From positions 29,698,001-29,762,000 of the forward strand of contig NC_045698.1 in NCBI RefSeq assembly GCF_009834535.1: 64,000 bases of DNA, given 5' to 3'. Each line of letters opens with the position of its first letter. The first letter of the stretch is position 1. The position numbers and the translations under genes are program-made. Origin of the DNA: Camelus ferus (Eukaryota). Shown here one piece after another: positions 24,859-37,520 of this stretch. The notes under the pieces were generated by a model. It worked only from the letters and a program-made list of their open reading frames with translations. It had not been told where the DNA came from and made no database searches.

Positions 24859-26220
24859 GACTCTTCAATAAGTGGTGCTGGGAAAACTGGACAGCCACAT
24901 ATAAAAGAATGAAATTAGAGCATTCTCTAACACCATATACAAAAAGAAACTCAAAATGAATTAAAGACCTAAATGTAAGACTGTATACTATAAAACTCCT
25001 GGAGGAAAACATAGACAGAACACTCTGACATAAATTGCAGCATTAATTTTTTCAAACCAACTCCTAGGGTAATGGAAACAAAAGCAAAAATAAATAAATA
25101 GAACCTAATTAAAGTTAAGAGTTTTTGTACAGCAAAGGAAACTATAAACAAAATGATAAGACAACCTACAGAATAGGAGAAAATATTTGCAAATGACATG
25201 ATCAACAAGGGACTACTTTCCAAAATATACAAATAGCTTGTACAGCTTGATATAAAAAAAAAACAACCCAATCCAAAAATGGACAGAAGACCTNNNNNNN
25301 NNNNNNNNNNNNNNNNNNNNNNNNNNNNNNNNNNNNNNNNNNNNNNNNNNNNNNNNNNNNNNNNNNNNNNNNNNNNNNNNNNNNNNNNNNNNNNNNNNNN
25401 NNNNNNNNNNNNNNNNNNNNNNNNNNNNNNNNNNNNNNNNNNNNNNNNNNNAATGCTAGAGAAGGTGTGGAGAAAANNNNNNNNNNNNNNNNNNNNNNNN
25501 NNNNNNNNNNNNNNNNNNNNNNNNNNNNNNNNNNNNNNNNNNNNNNNNNNNNNNNNNNNNNNNNNNNNNNNNNNNNNNNNNNNNNNNNNNNNNNNNNNNN
25601 NNNNNNNNNNNNNNAACTGTAATTCAAAAANNNNNNNNNNNNNNNNNNNNNNNNNNNNNNNNNNNNNNNNNNNNNNNNNNNNNNNNNNNNNNNNNNNNNN
25701 NNNNNNNNNNNNNNNNNNNNNNNNNNNNNNNNNNNNNNNNNNNNNNNNNNNNNNNNNNNNNNNNNNNNNNNNNNNNNNNNNNNNNNNNNNNNNNNNNNNN
25801 NNNNNNNNNNNNNNNNNNNNNNNNNNNNNNGGATTATCATACTAAGTAAAGTAAGTAAAGAAAGACAAATATCACATGACATCATTTATTTGTGGAATCT
25901 AAAAAAATATGATATAAATTCTATTTACAAACCAAAAACAGACTCAAGGACATAGAAAACAAACTATGGTTACCAAGCAGGAAAGGGTGGGAGAGGGATA
26001 AATTGGGAGTTTGAGATTAACAGACACACATTACTATATATAAAATAGATAAACAAGGACCTACTGTATAGGACAGGGGACTATATTCAATTTCTTGTAA
26101 TAACATATAATTGAAAAGAAAAATATGTATGTACATGTATAACTGAATCATTTTACTGTACACTGGAAGCCAACATTGTAAATCAACTATACTTCAATAA
26201 AAAATTCAAAATTAAAAAAA
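24859..26220 (+). mobile_element. L1 3' ~1.36 kb (ORF2 remnant plus 3'UTR) containing three N runs
   Basis: CTCTTCAATAAGTGGTGCTGGGAAAACTGGACAGC... and AATTAAAGTTAAGAGTTTTTGTACAGCAAAGGAAAC are L1 ORF2 sequence; 3'UTR and A tail end at ~26220. Confidence 0.92.
25294..25830. other. Three N runs (158, 138 and 200 N) inside an L1, separated by 25- and 16-nt anchors
   Basis: N at 25294-25451, 25477-25614 and 25631-25830. Confidence 0.99.
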
Positions 26221-28099
26221 TTGATAGACACTTGGAAAACTAAGCAAATGAAAAAAAAAAAGTCATATTATGCTCTCTGCCTGGAGAAAACTTCTTGTAA
26301 GAACCTTAGCTGATCTTCAGGTGCCTTTGCCTTGGCGCCAACCCAAACGTTCTCTCTCCTTGGGGATCGGTGGACACCGGGAATATATATATCCGTGTTT
26401 TTCAGATTAAAGGGTGACATCTCTGATATAGGCTCCCTTTGGTCCATAGGTAAAGCTGCAGTTGCTGGGACCAGTTATCTTTCAGGATTTAATCCGTATT
26501 TCTTATTCTAGGCCTTCTGGGCATCTGATGCTCTGGCTTCGGTATAATTTAGACTGCTGCTTCAGGTTTATAGCATTATTTATGCTGTAGATCTTCTCTG
26601 AAACTTTTCCAACACATCTTAAAAACTTTACAGTTTCTCCTAGTAATGCTTTTCATCTGCCAAAGAGCCCGTCAAGTTAAAAATCAGGTCACTGAAGACA
26701 CTTTAGGCACACTATTTCATAATACTCTGGCTGATTTCGTTACTTATTTATGTATTTATTTATTTATGCTTTGCTGGGAAAACCAAGTAAGGACAAGAAA
26801 AAAAACTGACTTTTTTTTAAAAGAGAAGATGTTTCATAGGTTGAAACTTCCAGTTAAATAAAATGTATTTTTCTAGAACTAGAAAAATGAAACACAATTT
26901 TTGGAAATAGTTTGGGGTGATCAGGTTTTGACATATTCATGAATTCTCTCAGCTATTTAAAAATAATTTTGAAAGACTTATTTGCATTCTCCAAATTAAA
27001 GATTTTCAGCCAAAGGAAAGACTAAAGTCAGGGTTTTTCTCAGCTTGATTTTTGGGTGTTATGAATTGATAAGCAGGATTTTTTTGAAGGGGGACCACAG
27101 ATGGGACCTTTGTTCAAAGTCAGTGGGCCAAAACAAACACTCTATTGTTGCACAGTTTGTATTGCACGTAGGAAAACATGTCTATCATTATGCCATTAAG
27201 GGGACACAGATGACCAGATTTGTAAGAAAAGGCCAGTGGTTGATTGAGCCACTTTGTGTGTAAAGGGTGATGCATGCTGACTGCCAAATTTCTGTCCACA
27301 CAAGAAGAAAAACATTCATATATCAAAAAATTTTTTTCTCATCCATTATGTAAGAAATTTGCTCATGCTAGTGCTTACCAGAAGAAATGGCACAGATAAT
27401 GTTTTCAGCAATCTGTTGAAATATCTTGATCAAAGGCGTTTTCTATTTGAAGCTTAAAAGTGACAATGTAAATACAGATAAATTCAGTCTTAATAGGTTG
27501 GTCTTCCATCACCTTATCACTTATTTTTTACCCTGGCAACACTATTAGCTATGGCGGTCAACATAAATCTGCTAAATGTGAAAACGTTTTTCTCCGATCT
27601 TGAAATGACAGATGAAAAAGTGCCCCCACCCCAGCTACTCCCAGCTTATCCTGAAAAACAGTGTGATGTGTAATCATCATTGTTCTCTGTTAGCTGCCAA
27701 GGTGGGTTGCCATTGTGGGTGCTGGCTGGGCAACTTTTCTCATTGCTAAGGTTATTTTTCCCGTTAAAAGAATGGGTGTCAAAGCTCAAAGATCATGCAC
27801 CTTGTGATGAGGTGGTTAGCTATGCTTCTATTCCACCAAGGACCATTTGCTAGAGGAGACAAAGAGTATTAAGGGCCTATAATTTTCCAGGCATTATGCA
27901 AGATAATAAAGGAGGCACAAATAAAGCCTTGCTTCTGAAGCCTTCGATCTCTCCCTTCTGGCACTGGGGAATAAGAAGGCCAAGCTGAAAAGCTCTGGAT
28001 AATTTAAAAATTTACTTGGTTTTATAAACCAAATGATTAAATTTATTGGCATCCTTTCCAATATTGAACAGTGTCAATTTAACACCAAATATATTTCTT

Positions 28100-28206
28100 T
28101 TTTTAAACCCTCTTTTTTTCCTTTTTGATGGAGGTGCTGGGGATTGAGCCCAGGACCTCGTGCATGCTAAGCACACACTCTACCACTAAGCTATTACCCT
28201 TTCCTC
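28100..28206 (-). mobile_element. Camelid tRNA-derived SINE (vic-1 type)
   Basis: GGAGGTGCTGGGGATTGAGCCCAGGACCTCGTGCATGCTAAGCACACACTCTACCACTAAGCTA after a T-rich tail. TSD CCAAATATATTTCTT (28085-28099) / CCAAACGTATTTCTT (28207-28221). Confidence 0.88.
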
Positions 28207-31200
28207 CCAAACGTATTTCTTACTACTGTTTTCTCCCAAATATATCTCTTAAGCCTCTACTGTCCAAAGGGAATTTATAGTTTTGTAAAAAGTAGATAGT
28301 TTATAGCTCACCGTCAGCCAAGCTGTGAGCAGCTGAGCAAGAGAGTGACCAAGTTCTGTGGAGCTTCAGAGCACGAAAAATCCCCCTGGATTCAGTGATG
28401 GAGGATCTTTCTGGAGGAAGAGACAGCAGGGCTTGGTAGGTCTTACCACGAGTCAAAAAAGAGCTGGAGAGAAGGGAAAACAGAGGGTGCTCCAGGTGGT
28501 ATAGAGCCCAGATTACAAGTTGGGGCACATCATGTAACAAATTGAATGGAGCAGAGTGTAGCGTGAAAGATAGACCAGGACCAGTTTGGAGGGGGCCTTG
28601 ATTGCCAGCCAAGGACTCAGGCAAACAATGGGAAGTCATTCAGGAACGCTAAACAAGAAAATGCTATGTTCGGAGATGGACTTAAGGTTCCTGGCAGGAA
28701 AGTGCGTGATGGATTGGAGACCAGTCAGAAAACAAGGAGACTGTTGAGGAGTGTGTGGTAATGGTCTGTAAGGTGAGCAGAGATACAGATGAACTCTGGG
28801 TTCTGACCACAACAAAACCCCTTCACAGATTAGTGTCTCTTAAAGGAGTGGTATCTGTCTAGAACACAAATTAAGTGGAGCATCCAATGGAGTTTCATTG
28901 TAATGAGATTTAGTCTGGGTGGTCTCTGTGGAATTAGGAGCAATATCTAATGATGCCACAGGTCACAGAGGATAAATAGTGTGCAATGTATCTGCAAGTA
29001 TATACATCAGTACAAATCTCCCTTTACTTCTTGAAGTCCTGGCCATCTCATTTTCTCAGCATTACAGATGACAGCTCTGTGATCCTTGACCAGCAGAAAA
29101 GGCAGCTTTGGCCCATTTGCTGACTTTCTACAGCTACGCAAATGTCTGAGTCCTGAAGGCGAATCCACCTGGCCAGTTTTGAGTGGGGCAGTCTGCGTGA
29201 AAGCGGATGTTCTGCACCCGCATGCCTGAAGCCTGTTCTCAGGGACACAGCTTAACCCTTGGGTGGGTCACTTAGTTCCTGCTTGTTGGAGGCTTCAGCT
29301 GGCTTCAGATCTACGATAGAAATATCCTACTTGCCCAGCGTGGGCTTATATAGTACATTCTCTCTTGTCATCCCTTCCATCCGTCAGATAAAAGATCTAT
29401 GACTTTTTTTGGATCTGATTTTTAAATACTCCATTATCAACTAAAAATGGAGCCAAAAATCCATTCTCAGGACCAAAAGAAAAGGGAACTCTTCAGTACA
29501 TCTCTCCTAAGTTGATTATGCTGGCCGCATGTTCTTCACCTGAAACAAGCTAAGTGTAGAATTAACACTAGAGAGCAAGTGTGAACTTAATCTCTTTTGA
29601 ACACTGGCTACAACCCACAAAAGTTAAAATTCCGATGGAAGAAGAAAAATTGCCATGTAGTGTTTCAGTTTTAGAAATAATTGACAAAAACCTGAGCCTT
29701 ATCAGGAAGACTCAGACAGTCAAACAGCTAGGAATGAATGGGAGCACGTAACTCTGAAATTACTGTCCTGGAAGAAAAGGTCCACACTGTCTTAGAAAAT
29801 CATTCACGTTGCCAGTTTAGTTAAAAGAACAAGATTAGCCACGGTGAAATTCAGTGGCAGCCAGGATGTTCTTATCTAATCTACTGCCTACTCTGCCGTT
29901 TTGCTTTAAAGTGGGAACAACATGAACTCAAAGAATAAAAAGCTTTATTTTCCAAGGGAAGAAAAAAGTAACTGAAAGTAAAGTCCCAGGAGTTTAAAAA
30001 TTTTTTTGGATATGGATACAACTCAGTCGGGGTTATAGAAATGTCTCCTAGCGCCACATCTTTTGTTAATGTGTTAGACGTGCCAGTTTTGCACAAGCTG
30101 TGTCATTTTCAGAGGCAGATTATTGGCACAATCTAAGTCACCTATTCTCTTGATTTTTTCACCTCTTTCAATAAGAACAGCTAAGCAGAGTGTTTCTAGA
30201 GCTGCCGTTGAAGCTGTTCTGACCAACTCTTTAGAAAAATGCTTGTGGGAGGGTGTTACTATATGACATGCAGATTAAATGTAAGGGAAACACTTCTGTG
30301 TACATGGAACTATACCCAGAAGCCTACTTGGAATAGTTATATGAGTTTTTAAAAGTAAAATCAGGAAAAGTAGTTATCAATTTTCTTAGGATATTCTCTG
30401 CCATCATTTGAGGCAGTGAGTGTGGCATTCTGCTGCATCTGCACTTAGGAACTGAGATGACCACAGATGTATGAAGTTCACCCTGGATCACTGTGTCCTG
30501 TGCAGGGCTTCTGCTTGTGCTGTTCTTATATGGTTACTATATTACTTTGATGTTTCTCAACCAATTGAATCACACTGCAGTGTGTGAAATGTTTTGATTC
30601 CTGTTTTAATGGGTATTTGCTAGAGGGTTTCCCAACGGTCCACTTGAGTAAAATGAACCAGCCCTTTCACTGAGAGTTTGTTGCGAGACAAACCAGACTC
30701 CTGGTCCAGCCTACCAAGGTCTTGTCTTGCAGTATGTGTGGCTTCCAGGGAAAGAGATGGAGAACCATTTATTAGTCATTGTGCCCCTAAATCAGATAGT
30801 GCTTTCCCCTGAAGTACTGATGCACAAAAATTAGCTTGCTTCTCGAAAGCTAGTGAGAAGTACAGCTTTTTTTTTTTTTTTTTTTTTTTGCTTTAATTGG
30901 CCTCTGCTGGCACCAGACCACTGGGAAGCCTTGTGACAGGACCTGGCTTATGCAGCATCACATGTGATTGGCTTTTCTTCTTGGAAGGTCCGTTCTGTGG
31001 CTTTTCTCTGGAATCTATGAAGAAAATGTTTCTCAGCCTAAAAACTGGGACTGAGAAAGTTCCCCTTCCGCCTCATACGAGTCTGCTGAGGGTCAGCTGT
31101 TAAGCTGTGGAGGTGTGTGTGGGGTGGACGTGGGAGCGACAGTTATGGATGCAGTGCCTGGAACTCACCTGAGTGATCGTTCTAGTCCTCGCCTCTCAGT

Positions 31201-31347
31201 GTTGTCTCAGGGATGGATACCCTGTGGGTGGTGAGTCACTAGCACCTCCCTTTGGCTTTCTATCTGCAGAATACTCACAGGCTTGTCAGTGCTGGCTCCG
31301 GGCAGGGATGTAGATTTAGAACTCTGATTTACTTTGTTTTATATTGG

Positions 31348-31649
31348 TTTTTTTTTTTAATTTTTATTGAAGTATAGTCAGTTTACAATGGGATAATTTC
31401 TGACGTACAGCATAGTGTTTCAGTTGTATGTGTATTTCTTTTCATATTCTTTTTCATTATAGGCTATTACAAGGGATTGAAATAGTTCCCTGGACTATAC
31501 AGTAGGACCTTGTTGTTTATCTATTTTATATACAGTAGTTAGTATCTGCTAATCCCAAACTCCCAATTTATCCCTCCCCACCCCTTTCCCCTCTGGGAAC
31601 CATAAGTTTGTTTTCTATGTCTGTGAATCTGTTTCTGTTTTGTAAATAA
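31348..31649 (-). mobile_element. L1 3' end running into an N gap
   Basis: Poly(T)-TTTATTGAAGTATAGTCAGTTTACAAT...CAGTAGGACCTTGTTGTTTATC...AACCATAAGTTTGTTTTCTATGTCTGTG = reverse complement of the L1 3'UTR. Confidence 0.9.
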
Positions 31650-31897
31650 NNNNNNNNNNNNNNNNNNNNNNNNNNNNNNNNNNNNNNNNNNNNNNNNNNN
31701 NNNNNNNNNNNNNNNNNNNNNNNNNNNNNNNNNNNNNNNNNNNNNNNNNNNNNNNNNNNNNNNNNNNNNNNNNNNNNNNNNNNNNNNNNNNNNNNNNNNN
31801 NNNNNNNNNNNNNNNNNNNNNNNNNNNNNNNNNNNNNNNNNNNNNNNNNNNNNNNNNNNNNNNNNNNNNNNNNNNNNNNNNNNNNNNNNNNNNNNNN
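31650..31897. other. Assembly gap or masked bases (248 N) at an L1
   Basis: N run. Confidence 0.99.
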
Positions 31898-32289
31898 CTA
31901 CAATAAATACCGAGGTACCTGCCACCAAGGTGAATGCATCAAATGTAAATGTTTCCCCATATGTGCTTCATAGCTGTTGTTTGTAAAAAAACAAACTATA
32001 CAGACAAATGAGAAGTCCCCAGTTTTGGCTTCCCCAATCTCACCCTGCTCTCCACCACTCCAGAGGATACAAATGTCATATTTTGGCATTTGTGCAATCC
32101 AATTTTTATACTTTTAAATCTTACTACACATAGGAAACATGCTTATTACATACATGAATGAAATTATTTGCATATTTTGAACGTACATATATTTTACTCT
32201 AAGTGTGGACTGTGGTGTTCTGGCAATTGCTATTTTTATTATCAAACATCTTTTTTTTTAGAAGTTAGTTGTTATTTTACCCTAGTTCA

Positions 32290-32644
32290 TTTTTTTTTAG
32301 TTGAAGTATAGTTGATTCACAATGTTGTATTAGTTTCTGGTGTACAGCATAGTGATTCAGTTATACATGTATATATATATTCTTTTTCATTATAGGCTAT
32401 TACAAGCTATTGAACATAGTACTCTGTGCCATACAGTAGGACCTTGTAAGTCAAAGGCAAATATCAAATGATATCACTTACACGTGGAATCTAAAAAAAG
32501 ATACAAATGACTTATTTACAAAACAGAAGCAGACTCACAGACATAGAAAACAAACTTACAGTTACCAAAGGAGAGGGGGTCGGGGAGGGATAAATTTGGA
32601 GTTTGGGATTAGCAGATACAAACTACTATATATAAAATAGATAA
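32290..32644. mobile_element. L1 insertion with internal inversion (twin-priming structure)
   Basis: 32290-32447 is an antisense L1 tail; 32448-32644 is the immediately upstream L1 segment in sense orientation. Confidence 0.85.
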
Positions 32645-33278
32645 TTGCTGTATATTACTCCATCTTACAAAAATATCACTATTTATCCATTTCCATGCTG
32701 ATTGGAATTTGAATTGATTCAATTGTTTTACTGAAATAAGTGATAATAGAATAAATACCCTTATACATTTCCCCTAGGACACATGTGACAGAGTTTCTCT
32801 GGAGTGAACAGTGGACTTGTCATGTCATAGGACATACACATTTTTGTGTCTGGGAGATATTGCCAGATTGCTCTCCAAATTGCACAACCAGTTCACACTC
32901 GTCCCGGCAATGTGCCAGAGCCCTCACTTCCCCAAGTTCCTGCCAGCACTTTATTATCATCAGATTATCAGATTTAATTATTTGTGCGTTGATGGATATG
33001 AATCACTCTCTCATTGCTTTAATTTTCATGACTCATCCTTTATAAAATTGAACATTTTTACCAGGCCATTTCTATTTCCTCCTCCCTGAATTCTCTTTCT
33101 ACTCTTTGTCCATTCTTTTCTTGTCTGTTCTTTTTATTGATTTATAGAAACATCTGTGTGTATATGTATGAGTGTAATGTATATGTTTCTTAATATATGT
33201 TTATATTTCTTAATACATGTGTAACTAATTCTTTATTATGCCTGTGGAAAATTTTGCCTCATCTGTCCACTGCATTTT

Positions 33279-33732
33279 TTTAATTTAATTTAATTTTTTT
33301 AAATGTATTTTTATTGAGTATAGTCAGTTTACAATGTGTCAATTTCTGGTGTACAGTACAATGTTTCAGTCATACATATACATACATGTATTCCTTTTCA
33401 TATTCTTTTTCATTATAGTTTACTACAAGATATTGAATATAGTTCCCTATGCTTTACAGTAGAAACTTGTTGTGTATTTTATATTTAGTAGTTAGTATCT
33501 GCAAATCTCAAACTCCCAATTTATCCCTTCCCATCCCCTCCCCACTCAGTAACCATAAGTTTGTTTTTATTGAAGTGTAGTTGGTTTACAATGTTAGTTT
33601 CAGCAAAGTGATGCAGTTTTATATATATATATTTATATACATATAAATAATTATTATATATATGAGTTTAATATATATAATATATATATACACACACACA
33701 TATATTTTCAGATTCTTTTCTATCATATGTTG
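33279..33732 (-). mobile_element. Two tandem or nested L1 3' ends with an AT microsatellite
   Basis: First tail ~33279-33565; a second TATTGAAGTGTAGTTGGTTTACAATG tail starts at ~33568. Outer TSD ACTGCATTTT (33269-33278) / ATTGCATTTT (33733-33742). Confidence 0.8.
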
Positions 33733-34303
33733 ATTGCATTTTAATTTTTATGACATCTTATAACACAGATAATTTAAAGTTTTGGGTATAGTTAAATTTC
33801 TTTTATTATTCTACTTTTTGTGCCTTGCTCAAGAAATCACTTCCTCCTCCATGGCTACATTCTATATTAACTCCTCCTATACTCCAAAGAGATTTTAATT
33901 TACTTTTGAAAGTTTTGTTTTAAATATGTAGACTTTTAATTTATGTGGGATTAATGCATGTGTATGGTGAAAAGCATGAATCTTTTTTTTTCCCATATGA
34001 AAAACTAGTCAACCCCATTTACTAAAAAAAAAAACCATTATTTCTTCATTGTTTGTATTGTTTTCTCTGTTGTATACTAAGATCTCATATATGCTTTGGA
34101 TTTTTTTGGCCTTTTTTTTTTCTGTTGACCTCAACTTTCCTGTCCTTACAAGATACCATGCCAGGTAAATACTATACCTTTGTGATAAGAATATTTACAT
34201 CATTATAGTGAGAGGGCTTCAAAAGTTTCATTTGAAATATGGTCTTAGGTATAGATTTTGGGGTGACATTTTTGTCAGATTAAGAAAACTGTTCTCTATT
34301 TCT

Positions 34304-34574
34304 TAGACTCATAGACATAGAGTACAAACTTGTTGTTGCCAAGGGGGTGGGGTGTGGGAAGGGATAGACTGGGATTTCAAAATTGTAGAATAGATAAACA
34401 AGATTATACTGTATAGCACAGGGAAACATATACAAGATCTTATGGTAGCTCACAGAGAAAAAAATGTGACAATGAATATATATATGTTCATGTATAACTG
34501 AAAAATTGTGCTCTACACTGGAATTTGACACATTGTAAAATGATTATAAATCAAAAAAAAATGTTTATAAAAAA
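34304..34574 (+). mobile_element. Young L1 3' end, distinct subfamily, 22-bp TSD
   Basis: AGACTCATAGACATAGAGTACAAACTTGT...GACACATTGTAAAATGATTATAAATCAAAAAAAAA. TSD AAGAAAACTGTTCTCTATTTCT (34282-34303) / AAGAAAACTGTCCTCTATTTCT (34575-34596). Confidence 0.92.
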
Positions 34575-35471
34575 AAGAAAACTGTCCTCTATTTCTACTT
34601 TATTAAGAGAATTTATCATAAATAAGTGTAAATTATAAACAATGGTCTTCTGTTTGTTTGAGTAACCATTTGATTGCCTCTAAAATTGCTAACACAGAAT
34701 GCATTGACCTTCCTGATGATGAATTATCCTTGCAGTTCTGGTCTAAATCTTTCTTGAATGGGATGTATTACTACATCACTTTTGGTTTTTGTTTTTTGGG
34801 TTTTTTTGAAGAAAGCCTTAAAGCATATTTTGGTAGACTTGCGTCTAAGTACTGATTTAAATGATTTCCAGAAATGGGTTTTTGAAAAGCTAAAAGTGCA
34901 AAGGTTTTCCTTTCATTTTATTTCAAGAACAGTAATTATCTAAGGAAAAGGATCCTCCATCTTCTGCCTGTTGAGACTGAAAACATCTTCGTAAGCCTAG
35001 GCGTCTCCATCTCCTGTTTCCTAAACTCTGTGAGGCCTTTCACTTTTCTAAGAGTTATGGTCAGGCTCAGCCTTTCTCTCCCTTCCTAGGCGCTCTAGTA
35101 GGGGTGTGGCCCCCTGCTCCTCCCTGGTGTGGGTCCCTATACGGCCCTGCTAATCCTTGAGGCAACAGAAGCCTGCAGTGACCACCCTGTCAGTGCTCAG
35201 CACATGCCCACATGTCCATGGCCCCTCCATCAGGCGGCTCACGCCCACAGTGAGCACCATTAGTGTTCTCATTCCACACGCAGTCTATCCTTCTAACAGA
35301 GCAGCAAATCTAGCCCAATTGTCCTTTGAGATAATGCCAACTATTTTCCATATTTTTATTTTCTAAAATTTATTTTCATCTTTTTTCATCAACAGGAAAT
35401 GTGGTCAATATTGTTTTTACAAGCAATATTTAGTTGAATATTAGCCCACATTTTACCTTCTTTTCTCACCA

Positions 35472-36880
35472 CTTATTTATTCACGTAATAAATCCTTACT
35501 ATGTGCCTACAGCAGTGAACAAAATAGACAAAGTCCCTGAACTCATATAGTTGATATTCTAGTAAGAGGAGAGAGGGGGAAAGGTAACAACTAAATATAT
35601 GATATATTAAATGAAGATAAATGCTATGGACAAAAACAAAAGTGTAAGGGTTAATATTGATATAGGTTATCAGGAAAGAGCTCACAGAAAAAGTGATATT
35701 TGAATGGATACTTGAAGGAAGTCTGGGGGAAAAGTATCCTATGCAGAGAAAATAGCACATGCTACGTGGGGGCTGCAAGAAACATCGAACAGTCAGATGT
35801 TGTTGGCGCAAAATGAGCAAAAAAATAATGGTGGTGGATGGAGGCAAAGATAGTGGGTGAGAGTGGGGATGAGGGTTGAAGGAAATCAAGCAAGTCTTTA
35901 AGACCACTAGGCATTTTGGCATTTACTCTAAATGAGATGGGATATCATTGGAGGGTCTTGAACAAAGACTTGGCATACTCTTGTTTTAGCAAGATCAACA
36001 TCTTGGTGGGTGGCTGGTGTATTTTGGAGATAAGGAGATTAAAGACAAGAAGCATGTAAACCAATTAAGAGAGTATTATAATAATCTAGATAAGAAATAT
36101 CAGTGGCTTGGATGAGGGAGATAAATATGGAGATAGTAAAAAGGTGATCACATTCTGGATATAATTTGAAGGTGTGTCTAAGAGGATTAGTTGATGGATT
36201 GGTCAGGAGTATGAACGAAAGGCCTGAGGATCTCGGAGGATGAACGTGATATTGACTGAAATGACTGAGGTGTGGAATGAGCAGGTTAAGAGGATAAAGT
36301 CAGAAGTTTAGTTATAGATTTATAAGTTTGAGATTCCTATCAAACACTCAAGGGAATTCTCAATTGGATATATGAGCCTGTAGTTCAAGAAGAGGTTTGA
36401 ATTGAAATTATATTTTGAGAGCATAGTCATCAATGATATTAATGTCATAATTCTGAATGAGGTCACCTAGGGAGTACGTGTAGACAGGGAAAAGAGGAGA
36501 GGAGAAATCCTTGGGGGTTTTCCAATGTTATGTGGTTGAGAAAATGAAGAGGACCCAGCAAAACAGACCAAGATGAAGTGCCTAGTAAGGTAGGAAAATC
36601 AATGGAGAATGTTGTCCAAATATCACAGAGTGTTTTGAAGAGTGAGCCACTGTGTCTTATGTTGTTAATAGGTCAAATGAGATGATTATAATGTAGTCAC
36701 TAGATTTAGCAATATGAAAGTCTAAAATGACCAGAACAAACTCTTTTTCATTTGGAGTGGTAGGGGTTTAAAGCCTGATTTGAGTATGTTTAAGAAAATG
36801 GACAAAGATGAATTGAAATAAAAATGTAGTTCAATTCCTTCAAAAATTTTACCTTAAAAGGAAGAAGAGAAATGGGTCAA
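35472..36880 (-). mobile_element. L2 LINE 3' portion
   Basis: TTATTTATTCAC...TACTATGTGCC...CAGCAGTGAACAAAATAGACAAAGTCCCTG = antisense L2 3' end, followed by purine-rich L2 body. Confidence 0.8.
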
Positions 36881-36899
36881 TAATTACAGGGATAATAAC

Positions 36900-37520
36900 T
36901 GGAATAATTGGAAGAGAATCTTTTTTTTTAAGAGACAAAATTTTCAGTATTTATTTATGATGACTTTTGTCTTCTTGAAAAAATATCTCCTTTATTAATT
37001 AGTTAAATTAGAATATTTAGGTAGTAAGCTCTCAGTTTTCATATGCCCCTGGCTCTCCTCTCTTGCTCCCCCCCAACACACATATACACACAAAGAATTT
37101 GGGAGATTTTAGCTGGGTATCAAATTCTGAATGGATGGCTATTTCTCTAAAACTTTAAAAGGTTTTAATTTGTAACCTACCATCTGTTGTTGCTGAGAGA
37201 AAATCTTCTCCTTGTCCATTTGAGTACCTTAGTAGGTAATCTCCCTCTTATTTAAAGTATCATTACAAATTTTTCCTTTATCCTGATGCCCTATTGTGGG
37301 AATTTGCTTTTTATTTATACTATCCCATGATTACTATGTGCTTTTAATCTGAAAATTCATTTCATTCTTTAATTTTGTAAAATTGCCAATAGTAACCCTT
37401 TCTAAAACTGGTTCTTTGCAATTGAATTAAATTCCCTCCTTTTGGAACTCCCGTCACAAGCATGTTGGAACTCCTCAGTCTGCTCTCCCTGGCTTGTAAC
37501 TGCTCTTTCACGTTGTCTAG
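36900..37520 (-). mobile_element. Ancient L1M fragment
   Basis: TTTAGCTGGGTATCAAATTCTG...GCATCTGTTGTTGCTGAGAGAAAATCT-like motifs typical of antisense L1M. Confidence 0.5.

Larger units (their letters stand above)
32650..34900 (-). mobile_element. Ancient degraded L1M (L1ME/L1MD-like), interrupted by younger L1s
   Basis: TATTTATCCATT...GCCAGATTGCTCTCCAAA...TTCACACTC...GCAATG...CCTGCCAGCACT resembles antisense old L1 ORF2; AT-rich continuation to ~34.9 kb. Confidence 0.6.

Noticed and set aside
24749-25885. Longer ORFs (87-227 aa) around 24.7-25.9 kb
   Set aside because: They are antisense or sense reads of a decayed L1 ORF2, inflated by N runs that hide stop codons.
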